Positions 51,937 to 64,000 of a DNA stretch of 64,000 nt are shown in pieces. The stretch spans positions 280,245 through 344,244 of the forward strand of contig NIVC01001176.1 in NCBI GenBank assembly GCA_002269645.1, given 5' to 3'. Numbering within the stretch: position 1 is the stretch's first letter; every line of letters starts with the position of its first letter. The stretch is from Macrostomum lignano. Taxonomy: Eukaryota. A program made the position numbers and the translations under genes. The notes under the pieces were generated by a model, which worked only from the letters and a program-made list of their open reading frames with translations, had not been told where the DNA came from and did no database searches.

Positions 51937-54901
51937 GATTAGCTAAAGTGATGGGGGAATTACAAGCTTTATTACAGCTCAAGGGAGAATTCATCATCGC
52001 TGAACTGAAAAATCATATTTATACGAGTAAACTGTGAATTTAGCTGAAATTAGGAGATCTGTAACCGTACCAGATAAAATTAATGTACGAAAACTAACCG
52101 CTATTGCACTAATAACTACAGTAATTTTTGTGTGATTAAAACTCGACAGTACAAACCAGAAATACGTATTTTGAATTTCACAATACAGAACAGAAAATAA
52201 CAAAGTGAACTATGCTAAACAGATAGTAAGTAGCCTAGAGCAATTATATGTATATTATTAACAAAGTGCAGGGACAAAACAGAAAAGTACAACTAAAATT
52301 AGTACTCGGACACAGAGACAATTGAGTTGTGCAAAGCTGAATTTCTTCACTCTGATGATTTTAAACGAACGAAACTTAAATAAATAAAATAAAAAACTGA
52401 AGCTCATCTGAAGCAATCAGATTTTTATTATTATTATTATTATTAATGTTATTAATTATTATTTGGCTACAAAAGTCAGGATTTGTTTAAATCTTATAAG
52501 CCTCAGGTTCCACGCTCAGCTTTCATAATTTTATTGGCTAGCTAATTGAATTGGATTTAATCTGTTTCTAACGACAGGGACAAAAAACGATAGAAAACAC
52601 AATAATCTGTGTCACCGGCCAAGGCAATAGGAGGGGGGAAACTAACGCTCACTCTGCAAGATAACTAAAGCGAGAGGTTAAAGCATTCACAACGGATGAC
52701 AGCAATAATAAAATTGGCATTCATTCACCTAGCAGATCTCAACCGCTGTACAAAAATTAACATTATCGTTTGTAAAAATAAGAAACAGAAAAATTAATGG
52801 CCGAAAGTGACAGACATTCAGACAAACAAAAAGGGACAACTTACGATTAGCCTAAATATAATAATAATAATAATAATATTAATAATAATAATAAATGGAC
52901 CCCTGAGGGACTACTGCGAGCCGAAATGGGAGAAGCGATCAGCGGATCCGCAATGCCGTGAGGAAACTGATAGACGCCAATAGACAGGCAAAAGAAGCAG
53001 ATTGAGAAAGAGTTTTGAATATAGCCAGCAGGAAAGATGCATCAGACAGACAGACAGCGCATCATTGGCAACAGTTCGCGGTCACAATGAGCGCATCAGA
53101 GCAAAGTTATCATGGATCTTATTTTTAACACGCATAGTTCGCAATGACAAAGCGGGTAGGGAAGGCGCGGCTTGGGGAGTACAGAGTACACAGTAAATAA
53201 TAACTTAATGCTGATTTTTGCGTGCGCGAGAGTGTTCGAGTTCAACTGATTGATTTATAGCCGATTTCAGTCACAGATGGCCAGTTGCAAGCGTGTCTCA
53301 ACGCAATGAAATTTTACACAATTAATACTATCTCTTTAACTAGTAAACATAGCATCGTGTCGAACAGAAACGCGTGTTGAAAGAAAACAGCTAAAAATAT
53401 ATATTAACTAATATCCTATTAATCCAGAAGAAGCTGCACTGATTTTGCGAATAAGCCGGAACCGGGGGCATTGGTCGGCGCGCACAGCATCAAGTATTGG
53501 GGGGCATAAAAGGGTCAGTAAAGGGAGAAATGCGGTTTTCAATCAGTGTTTTATAAGCTTCAGAATGGATGAATTAGCCGCATCTGTGATTGGATATCGA
53601 TTGCTGCTAGAACAAGCGCAAAACGCAGTGCTGTTATTACGCATTAAAACAAAGCATCTTGATAGAAATGCAGGGCTCACTTACCGAGCTTTCGTCGCCT
53701 GATTTTGCTTAAGAAGAAGACGGCGCACAGTTGGCAAAATGCAACAACTCTCTTTAGCATAGCAGTCGCAGTTTTTAGTCGCAATTATCGAGGAGCCAAA
53801 ACGCCTCCTGTCTCAGGTCAGCCAGCAAAGATTCAGAGATCAGAGATGGAAAATGAGCAGAATTCAGAGGCCGCCAATCTGTTAATCTGTAACCCGATGA
53901 AAACGGCATCTAAGCCAAAAAGCGTCCCAGAGTCACTTGCGTCAACCCCAAGAGTCGTTGCAGACGACACAGGTAAAATAGGAAAGAAGTGACTCTAAAC
54001 GACTCTAAAACGACGGGATTTCACGGTACAAGTCGCCAAACAGTTGTCAAAGAGTCGCAAAACAGTCACTTTCTTCAAGCGTTTCACTGTCTGCGACTCT
54101 CAAACGACTCTTGGCGCGACCCTTTGGGGTCGTAGAGTCGAATTTGAGGCGTGCTAGAGACGCTGTAGAGTCACTGAGTCGTGTTTGAAGCGCATTTTCG
54201 TCGCGACTCTGCAACTCACGTGACGCTCTTGTGACGCAACAGTCGCCTCTCCGGCGCTTTTGAGTCGTTAAAAAGTCACCAGAGTCGCCCCACAGTCACT
54301 GGATAGTTGTTTGCAATGACTCTTTAGCCCTTCTTGTTACAGTATCATTTTCAAAGGGTAACACGATGATATTAAAACAATCCTAGCAAAGCTTTGACAA
54401 CAACTCAATTAGTTACTGGGGAGACTCGAAGACCCAAAAAAGAAGATAAAAAATTCAAGAAGACAGGAAAAAATACCGTGCAGTGAAATGGATGGACGAA
54501 AAAACTTAAAATGACATTTAATTTAGATTAATTATTACATAAAAAACCACACACAGAACACACCCGAAGGGGGCACAACAAGACAAAACGACGATATAGT
54601 GGACACTTTAGCGGAGCCGCAACAGACAGATGAAACTGCGTTAGCCGGAAAATCGATTTATTAGATGAGGGAAATTTATTCAGATATAAAAGTTTAATCT
54701 ATCATATGAAGCTCCGCTAAAAGCCGAAAAAATCAAATTTACTTTATTTACGTGCAGCGGTCGCTGATGGGGCAGTGAGACTGTCTGTCATTTGCTCACG
54801 CTGCGATTTTGGTTACTACAAACGCACACACGATGCTGTTTTCATGCGGTAGAAAAAAGTTTTGTTCTCCATCCGTTAGTAAATGTTGCTCATTCTCTAT
54901 A

Positions 54902-56413
54902 TTAGCCAGGATGCACCGAGCCAGTGGCGGAATAGCCAGCGCCAGACATTGAGGCTGGCGGCAGTGGCGCCATCCCGGCTCCTGAGGCGGCGCCGTACAT
55001 GGCGCCACCATAGATAGGCTGAGCGCCGGGGTTGCCGCCACCGTAGTGCGAATAGGCCGGCGTCGCGAATGCTGTAGCGGTGCTAGTGAAGCCTGCCGCT
55101 GCCGAATACTGCGGCATCGCCTGCGGCTGCTGTTGATAAGCTGCCGATAAATCCGCACCGTTGGCGCCGTAGGAGCTCGGCGCGTAGCTGACGCCGCCAT
55201 AAATAGAAGTTGGCGCCGCGGAAGCGGTCGGATTGTAGGCGCCGGCGGCCTGTCCGTATCCGTAAGCGTCGCCAGCGTAGCCGCCGTAGGCTTCCATGCC
55301 GCCGCCGGTGCCGGGGGCGCCGCCGTACATGGCAGCAGCGGAGCTGTAGTTCTGCCCCCCGTAGGTAAGAAGATCCGCATAGCCGGGATAATAGGCGGCT
55401 ACCTGTTGCTGCTGCTGCTGCTGCTCATAGTCAAGCCGCGGCATTTTGCCTCCATCGCCGCCGGCTTGTCCGCCACCGCCGCCGCCGCCGCCACCGCTGA
55501 GGCCGCCAAGGCCGGACGCGTCGGCCGCGAACCGTTTTTGCCGGCCGCCAGCTGACGCGTCGATGAGGCCGCCGTCGCCTCCGTTAGCAACGAAGCTGTC
55601 CATCGAGGTGCCGCCAATCATGTCGGCCGGAGGCTGGGTCTGGGCGGCCGCGAGGCATGTAGGCCAACCGTAGGGTTCTAGCAATGCGAAGGGGCGTCAG
55701 GGTCTCTGGGCGGGTGTCAGGGCATCCGAAGGGGCGTCAGGGCATCCGAAGGGGCGTCAGGGCATCCGAAGGGGCGTCAGGGCATCCAAAGGGGCGTCAA
55801 GGCATCCGAAGGGGCGTCAGGGTCTCTGGGCGGGCGTCAGGGCATCCAAAGGGGCGTCAGGGTCTCTGGGCGGGCGTCAGATCATCCGAAGGGGCGTCAG
55901 GGTCTCTGGGCGGGCGTCACGGCATCCGAAGGGGCGTCAGTGCATCCGAAGGGGCGTCAGGGTCTCTGGGCGGGCGTCAGGGCATCCGAAGGGGCGTCAG
56001 GGTCTCTGGGCGGGCGTCACGGCATCCGAAGGGGCGTCAGGGTCTCTGGGCGGGCGTCAGGGCATCCGAAGGGGCGTCAGGGTCTCTGGGCGGGCGTCAG
56101 GGCACCCGAAGGGGCGTCAGGGTCTCTGGACTCTCATGTTTCGTGTTCTTAGCAAGACCATCTACAGTGTACAGTAAAAGTCGCACCTATCAGGCCTGCC
56201 AAGCTCCACATTGACACGCGAATTGCCCAGCATAGTTTTGTGGAGGCCGCTAATAGCTTTACTAGCCGAGTCCTCAGATTCCATGTGCACAAATGCGTAA
56301 TTAGATATTAGCCGGCAGTCGGTGACTGTGCCAAATTTTTCAAAGGCGCAGCGCAGCTGAGTCTCAAAGTCCGGCGCCGGGTCGTGAATGTTGCCGACAA
56401 AAATCTTTACCAT
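54902..56413 (-). CDS. RBM4: RBM4/lark-like RRM protein with Gly/Ala/Tyr-rich tail
   Basis: Exon 56413-56187 encodes MVKIFVGNI...NYAFVHME...AISGLH...RVNVE (lark-type RRM). Exon 55677-54902 is a low-complexity tail. The obvious splice sites are out of phase by 1 nt. Confidence 0.6.
55686..56128 (+). repeat. Composite intronic minisatellite of two 20-bp units (GGGGCGTCAGGGCATCCGAA / GGTCTCTGGGCGGGCGTCAG)
   Basis: About 22 interleaved units. Confidence 0.9.
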
Positions 56414-56616
56414 CTTGCTGCGATTCTTGTAATGCGAGGGTTCTTAAAGCAAACTTAAAGATTGATCAAGGGGAGATTTGCGATATAAGCTGTGCACTGA
56501 GGATAAGCGAACTTGGTGGGCATGCATTGAGAAAAAAATACAGCGAGATTATTGAATATGATGAATATTTGGCTCGGTAAGAGCTGCCCTGTTATCTCCT
56601 GATCCTTTATTGAGAG

Positions 56617-57236
56617 CCGCTTATCCCCTTCAGTCAGTGAGAGCCGCTATCCCCTTCAGTCAGTGAGAGCCGCTATCCCCTTCAGTCAGTGAGAGCCGCT
56701 ATCCCCTTCAGTCAGTGAGAGCCGCTATCCCCTTCAGTCAGTGAGAGCCGCTTTGCCATTCAGTCAGTGAGAGCCGCTATGCCCTTCAGTCAATAAGAGC
56801 CGCTATCCCCTTCAGTCAGTGAGAGCCGCTATCCCCTTCAGTCAGTAAGAGCCGCTATTCCCTTCAGTCAGTGAGAGCCGCTATCCCCTTCAGTCAGTAA
56901 GAGCCGCTATTCCCTTCAGTCAGTGAGAGCCGCTATCCCCTTCAGTCAGTGAGAGCCGCTATTCCCTTCAGTCAGTGAGAGCCGCTATCCCTTCAGTCAG
57001 TGAGAGCCGCTATGCCATTCAGTCAGTGAGAGCCGCTATGCCATTCAGTCAGTGAGAGCCGCTATTCCCTATCAGTGAGAGCCGCTATTCCCTATCAGTG
57101 AGAGCCGCTATTCCCTATCAGTGAGAGCCGCTATTCCCTATCAGTGAGAGCCGCTATTCCCTATCAGTGAGAGCCGCTATTCCCTATCAGTGAGAGCCGC
57201 TATTCACTATCAGTGAGAGCCGCTATTCCTATCAAT
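56617..57236 (+). repeat. 26/23-bp minisatellite (GAGAGCCGCTATCCCCTTCAGTCAGT)
   Basis: About 24 units; the reverse complement of the IDH3B intron unit. Confidence 0.93.
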
Positions 57237-57674
57237 GAGTCCAGCTATCTCCTGGTCCTTCAGCTAACCACCATCTCATTGGTGATTTGATTGACGCTTA
57301 TTTCTCAGCACTGCGCAACAAAGCCTGTTCGATTATCTACCAAGGTGTAATTTAGTGGGGTAAAATCTAAAGAATCCTGATACAAAGCACGATAAAAAGT
57401 TAATAGCAGAAAGTAAGTCAGAGACGCAATTATTAACACACATTTCAGCGTGTTCAAAGCTATTTATTGGCTAGGGCTGTTAACTAGCTAGCTAACTGTT
57501 TATATAGTTATCCGAACGATGTTATAAGCTTCTAGTGGGTTATACGATTTCCGTTGAGTTATACAGACTTAATAGTTATGCTTAGCTTTAGGATATTTGC
57601 TAAAGGGAAAGTTAAACAGAATATTTCTAACACACTGTCAATAGATCTGTCTATTCTTGTTTAGCTACAAATAT

Positions 57675-58151
57675 CTACTTGTTCTCGTCAAGCGCCTTGA
57701 TAACGGCTTCGAACGCTTCGACTTCAACGGTGGCCTCCGCCCTAGACAGTTCGTCAGTGGCGGCATTGGCCGCTTGCTGCGCCTTGGCCAGGCCGTCGCG
57801 GGCAGCCGCGGGGTCCAGCTGGGCCAGAGAGGCCAGCTCCTCCGCCAGGATCTGCACAGAGGAATCGTCATTAATAGTGACCGAGCCCGAGCTGACAAAG
57901 TACTTTTTACTGCCGTCCTCCTCGTGTACGGACACTACGCCCGGCTTTAGGCAGCCTAGCAGAGGCACGTGATTGGCCAGAACGCCGATGCTGCCCGTGA
58001 GGGTTGGCACATCAACTTGGCGCACCTTAGCCGATCGGTAGAACACTTCACCTGGAGAGGCTAAGGTGAACGCCATGTCCGACAGGCTGCGACGGAATCG
58101 GCCAGCAATGACCGATGAGTTCTGAAGCAGTCGGGCACTGTTGCGAAGCAT
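57675..58151 (-). CDS. ATP5F1D: Mitochondrial ATP synthase F1 subunit delta, intronless
   Basis: Presequence-like N-terminus, then MAFTLASP...QVDVPTLTGSIGVLANHVP...LKPGVVSV...YFVSSGSVTINDDSSVQILAEE. Confidence 0.96.
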   Translation of the reverse strand: MLRNSARLLQNSSVIAGRFRRSLSDMAFTLASPGEVFYRSAKVRQVDVPTLTGSIGVLANHVPLLGCLKPGVVSVHEEDGSKKYFVSSGSVTINDDSSVQILAEELASLAQLDPAAARDGLAKAQQAANAATDELSRAEATVEVEAFEAVIKALDENK

Positions 58152-58878
58152 CTTTGCTGACGACGGAAATGAGGGCTGCAATTGAATTTAAATGCTTTAC
58201 CTGGTTGCTAAGCGAAAGGTAAGCGAGATTTGCAATTGTACTACTTACTAAGTAGATCTGAAATACTTAGGCTTACTTTTCATCTACCAAAAAGTTTTTT
58301 GTTTAAAACAACCATTTATTGCTCTCTAGACTACTGAAAGTAAATGGACGGGACATATTTCTTAATTATGATTTAATCAAAAATTCATACCTCAGAAGTG
58401 CAATGTTTCTCAGACAACTTGAGCTTGCAAGGTTTTAAATGATTTAAATGAAGGAATTAAAAAATAATCAATATAAAATAACCTTTTAATTCTGTTTTTT
58501 TATATATTTACTAAACGACAAATATGGGTGCGTTTTACAATGACAGATTTTTAGTAGCTGCTAAAGACGAATATTAGCTTTCAATAATATTTGTTTCATT
58601 TCTAATAGTCCAACTTCGGCGAGCTTTACCCAAGCACACGTGGGATAAATTTTAAACAATAAAATTAAACACTAAATTTCTCCCCACACACAAAACACCT
58701 AGCTAGCGTCTTTGTTTCTGAGAACAGAAAAGGTTGTTTAAATGAGTCAGAGGCGCAGAATAGCGGAGAGGAGGCTAAAAATTGTCTGTTTAGACTATGT
58801 ATAAGATTTCTATTCAGACAGAGGTCCGAGTTATCCTTAGATTTACCACGCAGACTTCAAAAGGCGCCACAAGAGAAA

Positions 58879-61800
58879 TCATTCCATATTGTTAATAACA
58901 GCGTAGGTGAATTCCGAGGTGCGCGCGTGTCCGCCAAGGTCGCGAGTTCGACACTTGCCAGCCTCGAGCACGCGGAACACGGCCTGGCGTATACGTCTAC
59001 CGTGCATTGGCAAATTCAAATGGTTCAGCATGTTGGCCGAGGCCAGGAACATAGCCGTGGGATTGGCGATATCCTTGCCGACCGCCTGGGCGAACGGGTG
59101 CCTGGCGCCGGACTCGAAGATGACGCAATCGTGCGAATAAGAGGCGCCCGGACGATGCCGGCCCGCGCCAACTAAACCCGAGGCCAAGTTGTCAATGATG
59201 TTGCCATAGAGATTCGGCATAACCATAACGTCGAATTGTTCAGGCCTGGAAACTAATTGCATGCAGCAATTGTCAATAATCATGTTCTCCAGCTCGATGC
59301 CCGGGTAGAGCTGGCTGACCTGGGCACCGGAGGAATGGCAGATGCAGATATGATTTCTGCACTGAGTTAAGCATTTGCTCTCATCACTGATGGACACGAA
59401 GGCGATAGCGGCTCTCACTGAAGGGGATAGCGGCTCTCACTGAAGGGGATGGCGGCTCTCACTGAAGGCGATAGCGGCTCTCACTGAAGGGGATAGCGGC
59501 TCTCACTGAAGGGGATGGCGGCTCTCACTGAAGGCGATAGCGGCTCTCACTGAAGGGGATAGCGGCTCTCACTGAAGGGGATAGCGGCTCTCACTGAAGG
59601 GGATGGCGGCTCTCACTGAAGGGGATAGCAGCTCTAACTGAAGGGGATAGCAGCTCTCACTGAAGGGGATGGCGGCTCTCACTGAAGGGGATGGCGGCTC
59701 TCACTGAAGGGATAGCAGCTCTCACTGAAGGGGATAGCAGCTCTCACTGAAGGGGATAGCAGCTCTCACTGAAGGGGATAGCAGCTCTCACTGAAGGGGA
59801 TAGCAGCTCTCACTAAACGGGATAGCGGCTTTCACTGAAGGGGATAGCGGCTTTCACTGAAGGGGATAGCGGCTTTCGCTGAAGGGGATAGCGGCTCTCA
59901 CTGAAGGGGATAGCGGCTTTCGCTGAAGGGGATAGCGGCTCTCACTGAAGGGCATAGCGGCTCTCACTGAAGGGGATAGCGGCTCTCACTAAAGGACCAC
60001 TGAAGGGCATAGCGGCTCTCACTAAAGGGGATAGCGGCTCTCACTGAAGGGCATAGCGGCTCTCACTGAAGGGGATAGCGGCTTTCGCTGAAGGGGATAG
60101 CGGCTCTCACTGAAGGGCATAGCGGCTCTCACTGAAGGGGATAGCGGCTCTCACTGAAGGGCATAGCGGCTCTCACTGAAGGGGATAGCGGCTCTCACTA
60201 AAGGACCACTGAAGGGCATAGCAGCTCTCACTAAAGGGGATAGCGGCTCTCACTGAAGGGCATAGCGGCTCTCACTAAAGGGGATAGCGGCTCTCACTGA
60301 AGGGGATGGCGGCTCTCACTGAAGGGATAGCAGCTCTCACTAAAGGACCACTGAAGGGGATAGCGGCTCTCACTAAAGGACCACTGAAGGGGATAGCGGC
60401 TCTCACTAAAGGACCACTGAAGGGGATAGCGGCTCTCACTAAAGGACCACTGAAGGGGATAGCGGCTCTCACTAAAGGACCACTGAAGGGGATAGCGGCT
60501 CTCACTAAAGGACCACTGAAGGGGATAGCGGCTCTCACTAAAGGACCACTGAAGGGGATAGCGGCTCTCACTAAAGGACCACTGAAGGGGATAGCGGCTC
60601 TCACTAAAGGACCACTGAAGGGGATAGCGGCTCTCACTAAAGGACCACTGAAGGGGATAGCGGCTCTCACTAAAGGACCACTGAAGGGGATAGCGGCTCT
60701 CACCAAAGGACCACTGAAGGGATAGCGGCTCTCACTAAAGGGGATAGCGGCTCTCACTGAAGGGGATGGCGGCTCTCACTGAAGGGGATAGCGGCTCTCA
60801 CTAAAGGACCACTGAAGGGGATAGCGGCTCTCACTAAAGGACCACTGAAGGGGATAGCGGCTCTCACCAAAGGACCACTGAAGGGGATAGCGGCTCTCAC
60901 TAAAGGACCACTGAAGGGGATAGCGGCTCTCACTAAAGGACCACTGAAGGGGATAGCGGCTCTCACTAAAGGACCACTGAAGGGGATAGCGGCTCTCACT
61001 AAAGGACCACTGAAGGGGATAGCGGCTCTCACCAAAGGACCACTGAAGGGGATAGCGGCTCTCACTAAAGGACCACTGAAGGGATAGCGGCTCTCACTAA
61101 AGGACCACTGAAGGGGATAGCGGCTCTCACTAAAGGACCACTGAAGGGCATAGCAGCTCTCACTAAAGGGGATAGCGGCTCTCACTGAAGGGCATAGCGG
61201 CTCTCACTGAAGGGGATAGCAGCTCTCACTGAAGGGGATAGCAGCTCTCACTGAAGGCGATAGCAGCTCTCACTGAAGGGGATAGCGGCTCTCACTGAAG
61301 GGCATAGCGGCTCTCACTGAAGGGGATAGCGGCTCTCACTGAAGGGCATAGCGGCTCTCACTGAAGGGGATAGCGGCTCTCACTGAAGGGCATAGCGGCT
61401 CTCACTGAAGGGGATAGCGGCTCTCACTAAAGGGCATAGCGGCTCTCACTGAAGGGGATAGCGGCTCTCACTGAAGGGCATAGCGGCTCTCACTGAAGGG
61501 GATAGCGGCTCTCACTGAAGGGCATAGCGGCTCTCACTGAAGGGGATAGCGGCTCTCACTAAAGGGCATAGCGGCTCTCACTGAAGGGGATAGCGGCTCT
61601 CACTGAAGGGCATAGCGGCTCTCACTGAAGGGGATAGCGGCTCTCACTAAAGGGCATAGCGGCTCTCACTGAAGGGGATAGCGGCTCTCACTGAAGGGCA
61701 TAGCGGCTCTCACTGAAGGGGATAGCGGCTCTCGCAGAGTATAGATAAGTTAGATGGAACTCAACAGTACTACAGAAGCCAATACATTACTGAAGTCAAT

Positions 61801-63897
61801 AGGCTAAAAGAAATATAACATACCTCTTTGCACGATTCCAAGAAAAGGCCGTCACCGAGCTTCATAATATTGGCTTTGTGCACGGCGGTAACCCGTTTTC
61901 TACCATTCTTAACAGCATAGTCGAATGCAAATTTAGCAATCCGTTCGCTATTCTTTCTGGTGACAATTTTTAGTGATTCAACCACGCCAGGCACCGTCTC
62001 GTGCTCCAGTGCGCTATACTCGCCCTCGGTCTGCTCCCGTATGATGACTAAATTGATGCTCTTGTGCCGGCTAGTGATGCCGGGCATAGAGCGGACATTC
62101 ACGCAGCTGGCAAACATGTCGAGCTTGCGGCGCAGTCGCATGCTGCTGCTAGCCAGGTCTGAGCCATAGGTCGGGTGAGACATTATACCCATTAGGGCAA
62201 CCTTATTGCGTTGAATAGACTCCATTAGGGTGTCAAGCGGCTGGCTTAAACTGCGATTCACGTCGCTAACGTACACCTGCTCGTAGGCGAGCGGGGCGCC
62301 GGCTGCCTTTAGTACCTGATTAAATAGTGTGATTAATAAAATGAGTAAGGCTACACCATTACGATAAGTAGATATAATTCTGATTCGAAAAAGCAGTGAT
62401 TAGTAAATGCATCAATTTCTACCGATATTTATACGACTTCTAAGAAAGAATGCAAAACTATACTTTTTGAAATATTTACATAGATTTTATAAAATATATA
62501 TAGTGTTTAACTAGGGGGGCCGTAGCCCAGCGGTAGCGCAGCTGCTCTGGTGTGCCAGCGACCCAGGCTCGATTCCAAGTGCAGCCACATTAATTTGGGG
62601 CTGAATTGGAATTTCGGCTTGGCTCGCTTGTGCAATTAACGGCCTTGAGAGCCAACCCTCCAAGGCGCAGTGAAGTGTACATGCCTAACGATAATATAAA
62701 GTTAGGGCCGCTGTACACTCCTGTGTGAGTGTGTGCCTGCGTAACGTATCCGCGCGCTTGTATGCCTGCTCAGGGGAGTCGGCGGAATGGGCAGCAATGC
62801 CTCTCGCCGGTTGTGTGCAAATGACGCTTAAATTGCGCCAGGGTGCACACAACCCCACTGCCTCTAATAAAAAAAAAGTATTTAACTCGTAAAATGGTGT
62901 TTACATTTTACATCTGTGTATTTGTTATCTTATTTTACACGCTTTATTTGTAGCTTAATAATTTGGGCTTTACCTTGCTTTGCTTTACATAAACTTCTTT
63001 ATTTTTAATGCTAACTATACTAAAAAATTAAGACAGTAAAAACGGAATGAAGCTACAATTTTATTCGACGGCATCGAGTGACATAGAGAGCCACTTAGGA
63101 CCAATAATAACAATAATAATTTATTACACCTGCCTCAATTGGGCCATATGTGCAACCGACAGCTCAGCCGCAGCTATTGCGCGGCGCATCTGAAGGCTGC
63201 GTACGGCTGTTCAGTCCAAGGACTGGGGGGTCGCCACACAGCCTCAATTACCCCAGCTAATGCTGGCACCCATTTTACAGCTGGGTGAACTGAAGCAATG
63301 CAGAGTTAAGTGTCTTGCTCAAGGACACAAATTGTTCCAGTGGGAACGGAATCGAACCGCCGACCTTCAAGTCGTAAGTCCGACGCTCTTAGCACTAGGC
63401 TACAACCCCTAAAGGACCAAACACAATCTCTGAACTTATTTAATCAATTCAAAAGTGCAATAAAGAAAAAAAATTTAAAACATATTCACCCCACCCTTTA
63501 CAACTTCCGAGGCTCACTAAATCTGACCCATAAACATGCACAAGTCTGCAGATTCCATGTTAACAGATTACTCAAATTTGACAATTGATAGAAGTCTTAA
63601 AATCCAAAGAATCCAGATAATTACAAAACTATTAAAACCTCAAATAAAGAAGTGGATTTATAAATTATAGAAAGTTATGGAACTTAAGGAACAAAAATTA
63701 AATGACATCCAGTTGGAAAAAAACTTGCTAATGCTAACCTGCTTTGTAGCGTCCAACAGTTCAGGGAAGACGCCATCTCCGGGCACCACTGTCACAGTTT
63801 GTTGCAATGGCGTACTGTTTGGCACTGCAGCAGCAGACTGGGAAGAGAGGCCACGATAGGCCAATGGTGCTAAGCGTCTCAACTGAGGCAATAGCAT
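58879..63897 (-). CDS. IDH3B: NAD-dependent isocitrate dehydrogenase subunit beta
   Basis: Exons 63897-63739, 62315-61824 and 59319-58879 (phase 0/0). Motifs [55 protein letters not shown], and the beta-type [11 protein letters not shown]. Confidence 0.93.
59398..61735 (+). repeat. 22/33-bp intronic minisatellite (GATAGCGGCTCTCACTGAAGGG, with or without CTAAAGGACCA)
   Basis: About 2.3 kb in block structure; fills almost all of IDH3B intron 2. Confidence 0.96.
62514..62877 (+). mobile_element. tRNA-derived SINE family B, long copy
   Basis: A/B boxes, poly-A tail and an imperfect TSD GT(G/A)TTTAACT. Has ~100 bp extra relative to the 18893 copy. A partial copy also lies at ~27715-27782. Confidence 0.88.
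63124..63408 (-). mobile_element. tRNA-derived SINE family A, copy 2
   Basis: Colinear with 13465-13750. Confidence 0.85.
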
Positions 63898-64000
63898 GCT
63901 TTTGCAGAGAGCATGGGACAAGCAAATTTACAGTTTTAGATACTTTAGAAATAAATCAGTATCTTAATATTGAGACCAGTCCTAGTAAATACTGAAAATA

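Noticed and set aside
53445-53992. Two short plus-strand ORFs (85 and 95 aa) with non-ATG starts
   Set aside because: No motifs, splice logic or coding-like composition.
60275-61185. ([11 protein letters not shown])n and ([11 protein letters not shown])n ORFs
   Set aside because: Translations of the 33-bp variant block of the IDH3B intron array.

Overview
Eukaryotic (metazoan) genomic DNA. GC-rich Ala/Gln/Gly-rich exons, AT-rich introns filled with minisatellites, and acceptor-like AGs just upstream of start codons resemble the flatworm Macrostomum; this species call is inference only. Plus-strand genes: a choline transporter (SLC5A7, 5' exons not seen), an unassigned 3-exon gene, HAUS6 and FoxK. 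Minus-strand genes: CCDC115, an RBM4/lark-like RRM gene, ATP synthase delta and IDH3B; the last three are closely spaced and may form an operon. Mobile DNA is abundant: a young but internally deleted Mag-like Ty3/Gypsy LTR element, three hAT-type MITE families, two tRNA-derived SINE families, three Helitron-like elements (an inverted near-identical pair and a head-to-tail junction), a foldback-like element carrying a spliced Ulp1-PHD gene end, a Merlin-like relic, and Penelope-type hammerhead ribozyme motifs. The most notable observations are sharply bounded CpG-depleted domains, with an internal SINE control pointing to 5mCpG deamination; the hammerhead pair; the Ulp1-PHD foldback element; and one minisatellite family in inverted orientation around ATP5F1D. 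All coordinates, counts and alignments were done by eye.
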